IMG/VR virus record: IMGVR_UViG_3300028840_001210
Location: 1-59,757 of that record
Strand: one strand, 5' to 3'
DNA length: 59,757 nucleotides
DNA from: a virus
Lineage: Duplodnaviria > Caudoviricetes
The notes beneath the pieces were generated by a model. It was given only the letters and a program-made list of their open reading frames with translations. It was not told the origin of the DNA and searched no databases. Shown here piece by piece: positions 1-7,401 of this stretch; the first letter of the stretch is position 1, and each line of letters begins with the position of its first letter. The translations under genes and the position numbers were made by a program.

Positions 1-144
1 GACGCTGCGCGCGGCCCTCTAGAGATGGCTGCAGAGTGCCAGCGTCGCAGCGCTGGCCAAACGCAATGGACTGTACCCACGAGCGCTGGCGGCTCTACAA
101 AGCGAGTCGACGCTATGCTGCGCGCGTGGATAGGTAGCAAGCGC
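1..144. repeat. Terminal direct repeat (circular assembly overlap), identical to 59614-59757
   Basis: Bases 1-144 match the last 144 bases, and the ORF from 59017 continues in frame into 1..471. Confidence 0.97.
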
Positions 145-471
145 ATGAAGCCTTCCAGCGTGCCAGAGTCGATCCAAAAGCGCTGGCGCGCAGCCTTCGA
201 CAAGGTCGTCGGCTCTTTCGAGACAGCCACGCCAGACCAGTGCGCGAGAGCTGTCCAAGCTGTGCTTGATCCAAAGTCCAAGCGCTTCGCGTACTACACA
301 TACAGCGACCCAAACGTCGCAAAGTTTCGACAAGACTTCGAGATCGTACTCTTGGAGATCTTGAACGAAGGCCAGCCCAGATCTGGCGATCGCAGCCCAG
401 AGCACGCTGGCCAGCTCACCGGCCTGGACGCCATACAAGCACGCATGGCCAAGACTCGCAGCTCGGTATAG
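1..471 (+). CDS. C-terminal part of replication initiator (join 59017..59613,1..471; ~355 aa)
   Basis: Same frame as the ORF at 59017 with no stop across the junction; followed by a helicase-loader-like gene. Confidence 0.8.
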   Translation, partial: DAARGPLEMAAECQRRSAGQTQWTVPTSAGGSTKRVDAMLRAWIGSKRMKPSSVPESIQKRWRAAFDKVVGSFETATPDQCARAVQAVLDPKSKRFAYYTYSDPNVAKFRQDFEIVLLEILNEGQPRSGDRSPEHAGQLTGLDAIQARMAKTRSSV

Positions 472-480
472 GAGACGACC

Positions 481-1098
481 ATGGACAGACAAGACGTCGA
501 GAAGACTATCGCAGTGCTCATGACAGTGTACACAGTCCAAGCGCGCAAGTTTACCGAGAGCGAGATCGATGGCATGATCGCAAGCTGGTCGATCTTGCTC
601 GACGACCTGTCGCCAGACTTGTTACAAGCTGCAGCGCTCAAGCACGCCAGCACACAGCGCTTTTGGCCGACGCCGGCAGACTTGCGCAGCGCAGCCAGCG
701 AGATCGACGACCTGACGCGCAGCGATCACTTGGAAGCGAACGACGCATGGAGCGAAGTATCGCGCGCGCTCTCGCGTGGTCTTTATGAAGTGGACGAAGA
801 GAAGGGACTCATGCAGTTTAGAGCATCGCGCGCAGACGACTGGACCGATCCACTGATCCAGCGCGCGATCGATGGCATAGGGGGATGGCGAGCACTTCGA
901 CACTCGCAGAACGCTGCAGCCGATCGAGCGCGCTTTCTCCAAGCATACGATCGATACAAAGCTCGACAGCGTCAAGACAAAATGATACCGAGCGCGCTGC
1001 AGAAAGCGATCGCGGCTGTACGCGCGCAGAGCCAAAACGCAAACGCGATCGACTTGCGCGCAGCCATGCAAGGCTATGCGCAGCTCTTGGAGGGATAG
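481..1098 (+). CDS. Replicative helicase loader/inhibitor (G39P / lambda P-like)
   Basis: W..LL.DL...A..KH..F.PTPADLR pattern; GGAG SD; directly after the initiator. Confidence 0.7.
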   Translation: MDRQDVEKTIAVLMTVYTVQARKFTESEIDGMIASWSILLDDLSPDLLQAAALKHASTQRFWPTPADLRSAASEIDDLTRSDHLEANDAWSEVSRALSRGLYEVDEEKGLMQFRASRADDWTDPLIQRAIDGIGGWRALRHSQNAAADRARFLQAYDRYKARQRQDKMIPSALQKAIAAVRAQSQNANAIDLRAAMQGYAQLLEG

Positions 1099-1102
1099 CA
1101 CC

Positions 1103-1381
1103 ATGGATCGCCTTTCTTTCACAGTGTCAGAGATGACAGACATGCTGGACGACCTCGCAGCCAGCGCCACTGGCGCGCGCTCTGTTGCGTCTCGCGTGCT
1201 TGACCAGACACGCGAGAGACTAGCGAGCCACGAACAGACGATCAGATACGCGCGATCGCAAACAGGTTTCGAGCCGATCGTACTGCAGACGCAGCGCAAG
1301 ATCGACGACCTCGAGCGCGTAAAAGATCGAGCGCGACGCATACTCGACAGAACGCAGACAAACGAAGGGACAAGCACATGA
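1103..1381 (+). CDS. Hypothetical protein
   Basis: GGAGGG SD; ATGA overlap with the next gene. Confidence 0.6.
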   Translation: MDRLSFTVSEMTDMLDDLAASATGARSVASRVLDQTRERLASHEQTIRYARSQTGFEPIVLQTQRKIDDLERVKDRARRILDRTQTNEGTST

Positions 1382-1974
1382 ATGGCGCAGAGATTCGGCG
1401 AGCGCTGGACGCTGCCATGAACACGCACGAGCAAAGAGACTACCTCGGCATGAGCCAGATCGGGTACTGCGTGCGCGAGATATACTTTCGCGTCACCGAT
1501 GGCAAAACGCCAGAGAGCGCGCAAAACTTGAACTTGCGACGACTGCAGTATCTTGGGATCTTGTACGAGCAAGACGCGATCGCCAGACTCGAAGCGCAAG
1601 GCGTAAAGATCGACGCACGCCAGCGCGAGCTGGTCGCGCCTTTCGACGATCGCTTTCGTGGTCACATAGATGGCGAGATCGATGGCGATCTACTAGAGAT
1701 CAAGACTGTGTACAACCAGCGCGCGATCCAGCGAGTACGCGCTCATGGCGTCTTGAGTCGGCACTCTATGCAGATCCAAGCGTACATGAGGTATGGCGAG
1801 TACGAACGCGCGCAAGTGCTGTACATCGCGCGCGACTCTGGCCAGCCCTGGGTAGTCACAGTGCTGCGCAGCGAGCAAACTGGCGAAGACGTCGAAGCGA
1901 AAGCGCGAAGGATCCTCGCAGCGCTCGATCGCAAGCGCGCGCCATCGTGCCAGTGTGGCAAGTGTGGACGCTAA
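1378..1974 (+). CDS. Cas4-like PD-(D/E)XK exonuclease
   Basis: SQIGYC, GHIDG..LLEIKT, QIQAYM and C-terminal CxCxxC. Confidence 0.8.
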   Translation: MNGAEIRRALDAAMNTHEQRDYLGMSQIGYCVREIYFRVTDGKTPESAQNLNLRRLQYLGILYEQDAIARLEAQGVKIDARQRELVAPFDDRFRGHIDGEIDGDLLEIKTVYNQRAIQRVRAHGVLSRHSMQIQAYMRYGEYERAQVLYIARDSGQPWVVTVLRSEQTGEDVEAKARRILAALDRKRAPSCQCGKCGR

Positions 1975-1976
1975 AC

Positions 1977-2726
1977 ATGCGAGTACCCATCGCCATGACA
2001 GACTTTCCATGGAAGTATAACGACTATCGCAAAATGCGCGCTGATGGCGTCACACCCACAAAGGGGATAGGCGCTTGTAACCACTATAATGGCATGTCCA
2101 CAGAAGAGCTGTGCAATTTGCGGCCCTGGATCGACTGCGTCGTCGCAGATCGTTGTATGCTCTTCATGTGGATCGTGCCGCCACTCGTGCCAGACGCGCT
2201 GGAAGTCGCACGCGCATGGGGATTCGAGTATTGTACCATCGCTTTCGACTGGATCAAGATCAATCGCGCGCAGTACGCAAAGCTCGCCAAAGACGTGCGC
2301 GCAGCTCTGCAGCTCTGCGCAGATGGCCAGATCACTGGGATCGACCTGTCGCGCGCAGTCTTGCACAAACTGATACGCGCCAACCCTGGGTACTATACAT
2401 GGTCAAACTGTGAACAGGTTTGGCTCTTTCGACGTGGTCGCCCGTATCGCTTCGCCACTGGCCGCAAAGGTCGACAAGCTCAGCTTTTCGATGGCGAGCT
2501 ATTCGAGCTACAAGAGACCACGCAGCACGTCGCGCCACTTGGCAAGCACAGCGAAAAGCCAGATCTGTTTTATGACATCGTCGCAGAGATGTACCCACAG
2601 TGCGAGCCACGTCTCGACATGTTTGGCCGCAAAGAGCGCCCTGGCTGGATCGTCGTCGGTAACGAAGCGCCTGGCTTTGTTGGCGTCGACATACGAGACG
2701 CGCTCGCAGAGGTGTCGAGATGGTAG
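1977..2726 (+). CDS. MT-A70 family adenine methyltransferase
   Basis: DFPWKY (DPPW-like), HY.GMS.EEL, LFMW, WGFEY.T..F.W.K, HSEKP, LDMFGR..RPGW...GNE. Confidence 0.85.
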   Translation: MRVPIAMTDFPWKYNDYRKMRADGVTPTKGIGACNHYNGMSTEELCNLRPWIDCVVADRCMLFMWIVPPLVPDALEVARAWGFEYCTIAFDWIKINRAQYAKLAKDVRAALQLCADGQITGIDLSRAVLHKLIRANPGYYTWSNCEQVWLFRRGRPYRFATGRKGRQAQLFDGELFELQETTQHVAPLGKHSEKPDLFYDIVAEMYPQCEPRLDMFGRKERPGWIVVGNEAPGFVGVDIRDALAEVSRW

Positions 2727-3145
2727 AGCATACAGATCCCATCACAGCTATACTATGGATCGCGCTCGCAGTGCAAGGCGAAGGCGCCGGCCTCTTCGCT
2801 GGTCTCGACTGCGCTGCAGCGATCGCCGAGACAGTGATCAACCAAGCGCACGATCTTGGCTGGTCGATCGAGCGCACAGTCGTCGAAAACTTCCATGGCT
2901 GGATCAACGTGCCAGATATGCAGCCAGCGCAGTGGGCGATCGATGTTTCCCGGGAAACATACGAGCGCTTTGTCGCCGGCAGCCTCGAGCACGACAAGTA
3001 CTTTGTGCTCAGCGACCATGACTTGCGAGATCACTGGCTGGATGGCTCGACGCGCGTGCTCTCTTTCCACCAAAGCGGCGATCACTTGTACTTTTTTTCG
3101 AGCTGGCCCGAGCGATTGCCAGATCGACCACAGCTCACACAGTAG
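2720..3145 (+). CDS. Hypothetical protein, weakly SleB/cell-wall-hydrolase-like
   Basis: ALAVQGE.AG...AIAETVINQ resembles the Hydrolase_2 N-terminus; contains a parS-like site. Confidence 0.4.
   Translation: MVEHTDPITAILWIALAVQGEGAGLFAGLDCAAAIAETVINQAHDLGWSIERTVVENFHGWINVPDMQPAQWAIDVSRETYERFVAGSLEHDKYFVLSDHDLRDHWLDGSTRVLSFHQSGDHLYFFSSWPERLPDRPQLTQ
2944..2959. promoter_or_regulatory. parS-like palindrome TGTTTCCCGGGAAACA (1 of 6)
   Basis: Perfect 16-bp palindrome, 14/16 identical to canonical parS TGTTTCACGTGAAACA. Confidence 0.8.
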
Positions 3146-3156
3146 GGGGACCATTC

Positions 3157-3744
3157 ATGCAGTATGCTCTGGTACGTCTTGAGAGAGTGCTGATCATTCG
3201 ATCGTCTGGCCAAGAGAAAGCATGGCGACCAGTGGTCGCACGCGACGCGCGCATGTGCTCTATGTGTGGTCATACCATCGCAAAGCGCAGCACAGTGATC
3301 CAGCCATACGACCAGACAGACAAAGATCGACTCTGTCTTCTCTGCGTCGATCTCTTGCGTCGCTTGCGTCTCATGTCTTTCGTCAAGTGTCCAAGCTGCG
3401 AAGAGCTGATCCCGTGGCGACCACTGGCCAGCCACGAGTACGCATGCCATAACTGCCATGGGATCGTCGACGCGACTGGCGAGCTGATCTCTGGCGAGCT
3501 GGCTGTCGAGCATTGCCCACTCTGCGCGCACACTGTATGGTACAGAGAGAGCGCGCCGCGTCGCATGTGCGATCACTGCTATTCTGTCTTCGATGTGACC
3601 ATGACAGAGTGCGAAGACCTCGACATGAACGCTCAAAACTTTGACATGACGCAGCGCAGAAACGCGCGCAAAGTCAGCCCTTTACACCCATGGCGCTCGT
3701 ATGGCACGAGCTTCGCAGTCGAGCAAGAAAGCGAGATCACATGA
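3157..3744 (+). CDS. Multi-zinc-finger protein
   Basis: Six CxxC pairs; AGGGGG SD. Confidence 0.65.
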   Translation: MQYALVRLERVLIIRSSGQEKAWRPVVARDARMCSMCGHTIAKRSTVIQPYDQTDKDRLCLLCVDLLRRLRLMSFVKCPSCEELIPWRPLASHEYACHNCHGIVDATGELISGELAVEHCPLCAHTVWYRESAPRRMCDHCYSVFDVTMTECEDLDMNAQNFDMTQRRNARKVSPLHPWRSYGTSFAVEQESEIT

Positions 3745-4232
3745 GCGACCAGATCACACTGGCGCTGGACGCCAGTACAAAGTGTGTCGGCTTTTCGCTC
3801 TGGTCTGGATATGACTATCTGTCTGGCTTTGAGCGCAAATATAAAGGCCAAGCGTACTTGCGTATGGATCGCATCGCGCGCGACGTGCTCGACTTGTGCC
3901 AAGAGCACCTTGTACAGCACGTCGCGATCGAAAAGCCTGTCTATGTCCAAGGTCATGGACACGACACGCACTTCGAGCTGGCATGCGCGTTTGGCGCGAT
4001 CGCGTCTCGCGTGGCTGGCGCTGGCTTGCACGTGTACGAGATCAATCCAAAGAGCGCGAAAGCTGCGCTCGTGTCTGGCAAGGCGACAAAAGCACAGATG
4101 ATCCAAGCTGCGCAGCTATACGTCGGAGCACGCATGGTCGTCGGCGAGCACCATGCCGACTCCATTGGCGTCTTTCTTGCTTGGTGGAACAGTCATGGCC
4201 ATCGCTTACAAGTAGAAAGCATGAGAGCATGA
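3741..4232 (+). CDS. ruvC: RuvC-like Holliday junction resolvase
   Basis: LALDAS..GFS, VAIEKP, K....GKATKAQM, HHADSIGV. Confidence 0.85.
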   Translation: MSDQITLALDASTKCVGFSLWSGYDYLSGFERKYKGQAYLRMDRIARDVLDLCQEHLVQHVAIEKPVYVQGHGHDTHFELACAFGAIASRVAGAGLHVYEINPKSAKAALVSGKATKAQMIQAAQLYVGARMVVGEHHADSIGVFLAWWNSHGHRLQVESMRA

Positions 4233-4543
4233 GCGATCGACCTGTTATCTTTGAGTTTTGGGAAGGCGACCAGCGCACGAGCCGCCACGAGTTTACATGG
4301 GGGGAGATCGAAGCGCTCGAAGTGATCTTGCGTCGAGCCGGGCCCGAGATGCGCCAGATCCTGGCCGGCTCGGACGTCGACAGAGCTGCGCTCGCTGGCA
4401 CGCCAGAACAGTGCGCGAAAGAACTAAACCGGATCAAGCCACAAGGCACTTTGTTTTTCAGCGCGCCAGAGATCAGAGTCTGGCGCACTATGGCCAGCAC
4501 GCCAGACAGACACGAAAGGAAAAGGGGACCATGCGAACAGTGA
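4229..4543 (+). CDS. Hypothetical protein
   Basis: ATGA-coupled to ruvC. Confidence 0.6.
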   Translation: MSDRPVIFEFWEGDQRTSRHEFTWGEIEALEVILRRAGPEMRQILAGSDVDRAALAGTPEQCAKELNRIKPQGTLFFSAPEIRVWRTMASTPDRHERKRGPCEQ

Positions 4544-5469
4544 TCACACAGATCAAAGACCAAGACTTGCGCATCGCCACGAAGGCGATCGCCGAGTGTC
4601 TCCAAGAGCTTAGCGCCACGATCAAAGAGCTACAAGGCGAGCCAGACGCACAGTCGCGCATCGAGCAAGAGATCGACCTGTGCGAGATCGACTTCCAGTC
4701 GTTTCTTGAGTTTATCGCCGACTCGCCAAACGAGCATGCGCTCGTGCGCTGGTATGCCAAGACCATGATCGGTGTACTCAAGCACCAAGACGACGCGCCC
4801 TTCGTCGAGCGCGTGAAAAGTTATGTGCTCGCTGCAGACCTGGAAGCGTCGCGCGCGTATGCTGCACAAGTGTGCGAAGAGAAAGACGCGATCGTCGAGC
4901 GCGAGTCGTTTCTCCCATACCCACAGCACATGCCCACAGTGCCAGCCGAGTACCTTGTCATGCTCTCTGTCAATGGCCCGAACGACGACCAGCGCTTCGC
5001 TGTGCTGCAGTGGATCGACGACACTGCGCACTGGGGACCACAGAGCGAGTACGTCAGGTTCTGGCGAGTGATCACAGTGCGACACATCGACAGCGTAGTC
5101 GCCAAAGCGCCACGGATGCCACACAGCATGGCTGTACTCGACGACTACAAGCGCAGACTGGTCGACCAGCTCGACTGGATCTTCCATGAGCTGGCCGATA
5201 ATCACGATCCCGAGAGCGACACACATACAGTGATAGCGACCAAGGGACAGATCGAGCGCTGGCGATTGCTCGCGTCAGGTAGAAAAGAGAAAGACGCTTC
5301 GCCAGCATTACAGATCTCTGCAGACATTGCAGACTTTCGCATGCTCTTGATCAAGATAGCTAATCTGTTGTCGATGGCGCGAGAGATGGACCATGATCGC
5401 GTTGTCATGACCATAAGACATGATCTCTTTGAGTCGTGGCGTCAGTGGTACATAGAAGGACAAGAATAG
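4531..5469 (+). CDS. Hypothetical protein
   Basis: AGGGGA SD; 312-aa ORF ending at a terminator. Confidence 0.7.
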   Translation: MRTVITQIKDQDLRIATKAIAECLQELSATIKELQGEPDAQSRIEQEIDLCEIDFQSFLEFIADSPNEHALVRWYAKTMIGVLKHQDDAPFVERVKSYVLAADLEASRAYAAQVCEEKDAIVERESFLPYPQHMPTVPAEYLVMLSVNGPNDDQRFAVLQWIDDTAHWGPQSEYVRFWRVITVRHIDSVVAKAPRMPHSMAVLDDYKRRLVDQLDWIFHELADNHDPESDTHTVIATKGQIERWRLLASGRKEKDASPALQISADIADFRMLLIKIANLLSMAREMDHDRVVMTIRHDLFESWRQWYIEGQE

Positions 5470-5471
5470 AC

Positions 5472-5510
5472 AAAGAGAGAGCGCGCACGCCGGCAGACGT
5501 GCGCGCTTTT
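5472..5510. terminator. Bidirectional intrinsic terminator
   Basis: AGCGCGCACG-loop-CGTGCGCGCT stem with T/A tracts, between convergent operons. Confidence 0.75.
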
Positions 5511-5546
5511 CAGGGGAGATCTAGAGCTGCCCAAGTGGCTCTAGGC
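5472..5546 (-). ncRNA. Putative small RNA (hairpin - AUCUCCCCU linker - terminator)
   Basis: Upstream TTGACA-16-TATAAT; CUAGAGC/GCUCUAG hairpin; ends at the 5472-5510 terminator; no ORF. Confidence 0.45.
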
Positions 5547-5552
5547 ACTCCC

Positions 5553-5598
5553 ATTATACAAGAGCCAGTCGTCGTGTCAAGTGCGACGACTGGCTCTT
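5553..5598 (-). promoter_or_regulatory. Sigma70-type promoter with -35 in the loop of a 15-bp inverted repeat
   Basis: TTGACA 5580-5575, TATAAT 5558-5553; arms 5560-5574 and 5584-5598. Confidence 0.6.
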
Positions 5599-6017
5599 CG
5601 TTTTGCCACGATGCGCGCCATGTCTTTCGCAAAGCCAAAGCCGCCCCAACCGAGTATAAAGGCCAGAACGAAAGAGAGACTCGCGATCTCTGCGAGCGCG
5701 CCTTCTGTGGTCGCCAGATAGATCAAGAGTCCCAAGAGATCAGCGCCGATCGCCCCCAGTGCGGCGACCAGCTCGCGCGTCCGGAAGACTGGCCACTCGC
5801 CAGACTCGCGCATGCTGGTAAAAGCTGCGTCCAGATAGGGTACGACTGCGCTGGCGACGATCCCAAGCAAGACGACCAAGAAAGGCCATGAGACAGCCCA
5901 CAGCCCGGGCCAGACGAAAAACGAAACGACAGCACCGACGACCAGCGCCAGCGCCACGAGCACTGGCCAGTACTTGGCCAGCCAAGACACTCTTTCTTTT
6001 CCCATGTCATTCTCCAT
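5577..6017 (-). CDS. Holin-like membrane protein
   Basis: About four hydrophobic helices and a basic C-terminus; last gene of the late operon. Confidence 0.55.
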   Translation of the reverse strand: MENDMGKERVSWLAKYWPVLVALALVVGAVVSFFVWPGLWAVSWPFLVVLLGIVASAVVPYLDAAFTSMRESGEWPVFRTRELVAALGAIGADLLGLLIYLATTEGALAEIASLSFVLAFILGWGGFGFAKDMARIVAKRRASRRT

Positions 6018-6393
6018 TCTGTGGTACTTCTACTTTCCCATTGATATGCATGTACATCTCGCGCCAGTCGACACATGGCGAGAGTCCAGCGCCTTCGACC
6101 TGCAGCCCGAGACATCGAAGCGCGAGCAAGAGTCGACGCTCGATCTGTTCAAGCTCGCGCACTTTATCAGACAGCGCTTTGATCTCTGTCGCTTGCGCTG
6201 TGGTCAGCTCTTCCAGCTCGGCGAGTCGTCGCTCGAAGGCCTCGGACAGCGAGACTGTCGCACTGGTCAAAGTCTGCGCAGCGTCGACTGGCTCGCGTCG
6301 TCTGTCTTGCCTTGCTTTGATCAAGAGCGACCCAAGAGAAACGATCGCAGTCACAACAGAAACCACCACAGCGAACAGATCTGACGTTGTCAT
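6007..6393 (-). CDS. Membrane-anchored coiled-coil protein (lysis module)
   Basis: N-terminal TM helix followed by heptad-like region. Confidence 0.6.
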   Translation of the reverse strand: MTTSDLFAVVVSVVTAIVSLGSLLIKARQDRRREPVDAAQTLTSATVSLSEAFERRLAELEELTTAQATEIKALSDKVRELEQIERRLLLALRCLGLQVEGAGLSPCVDWREMYMHINGKVEVPQNGE

Positions 6394-6689
6394 GTCCAGC
6401 TCTTTCTTGTCGAGATTATGAGAGCGCCCAGAGCGAGCACAGCATGGATCAGCGATCGTATGGCCGACAGTGTAGTGATGCTGATCTGCTCTGGCGTAGG
6501 GGGGACATAGTGACCGAGCTGTCGGCCAATGACATACGAGTAGAAGACGACCTCTGAGACAGACATGGACAGCGCTGCAGTGGCGACCCATGGATCGACG
6601 CCCTTGTGCCGCCACGCCCAGACCATGCGCACAATGAAGACCAGCCAAAAAACGAGTGTCGCGATCGAGATAGGTGTCCATGGGTACAT
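6390..6689 (-). CDS. Three-TM membrane protein (lysis module)
   Basis: Hydrophobic segments; GGGAG SD; ATGA coupling to the next gene. Confidence 0.6.
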   Translation of the reverse strand: MYPWTPISIATLVFWLVFIVRMVWAWRHKGVDPWVATAALSMSVSEVVFYSYVIGRQLGHYVPPTPEQISITTLSAIRSLIHAVLALGALIISTRKSWT

Positions 6690-6702
6690 TGTCAGACTCC
6701 CA

Positions 6703-6803
6703 GAAAGATCTTGTCAAAAAGTCTTGACATTCTCTCGCGCCTGTGCTATAATGTGTCTGTTGGACCTGACCGCACGACCACACACATTATAGGAGAAAAC
6801 GAC
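6703..6803 (+). promoter_or_regulatory. Repeated early promoter/leader cassette, copy 1
   Basis: AAAGATCTT..GTCTTGACATTCTC-N5-CCTGTGCTATAATGTGTCTGTTGGACCTGACCGCACGACCACACACA; -35 at 6724, -10 at 6747. Confidence 0.9.
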
Positions 6804-7307
6804 ATGAGCTACAAACCACCACGCACCACCTCGCGCGAGCACTCTTTCGAGATCATTGGCCATCTGTTTGGCTTGCTCGAAGCGTACTTCGACTATGGTA
6901 CTGACTGCCTGGCTGCGAAGGGCCGCATGCGCACGTGCTACCAGCACAGACTGGTCGACGACGAAGCTGCGAAGCGCTGCGCGCGCATTGACCAGCTATA
7001 CGCGCTTCTCGATCACGACTGGATCGTCGAGTGCCATCTCGCCAGCGACGTCGACGCCAACGCGGCTGGCGCTTGCGAGACTATGCGACTGGTAAGCTGC
7101 ATGCAGAAGGTAAAGCCAGAGCGCACAGTCTTGGCCGAGTGCGACCTCTCAAAGACGCCAGAGCAAGAGCGCGCAGAGCATCGCGCAGAGCTGCGCGAGA
7201 TCGTCGACGAAGCGCCAGCGCCCACGCCGGCAGGCTGCACGCCAGAGCACTTGGAAGAGCTGAAAGACCAGCTTGGCAAAGAGTACCCCCTAGATCGATC
7301 AGAGTAG
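6804..7307 (+). CDS. Hypothetical protein in a moron-like cassette inside the lysis module
   Basis: AGGAGA SD; own promoter and terminator. Confidence 0.75.
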   Translation: MSYKPPRTTSREHSFEIIGHLFGLLEAYFDYGTDCLAAKGRMRTCYQHRLVDDEAAKRCARIDQLYALLDHDWIVECHLASDVDANAAGACETMRLVSCMQKVKPERTVLAECDLSKTPEQERAEHRAELREIVDEAPAPTPAGCTPEHLEELKDQLGKEYPLDRSE

Positions 7308-7318
7308 GGGACTGGTCG

Positions 7319-7360
7319 AAAGAGAGCGAGCGCCAGACAGAGCGCTTGCTCTCTCTTTTT
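7319..7360 (+). terminator. Intrinsic terminator
   Basis: AGAGAGCGAGCGC...GCGCTTGCTCTCT followed by CTTTTT. Confidence 0.75.
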
Positions 7361-7401
7361 GGCGTGTCTATGTCTCACAACAATCATTATGGGACATAGT
7401 T

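Noticed and set aside
1-144. Terminal repeat as a biological DTR or att site
   Set aside because: It falls mid-gene and the ORF reads through; more simply an assembler circularisation overlap
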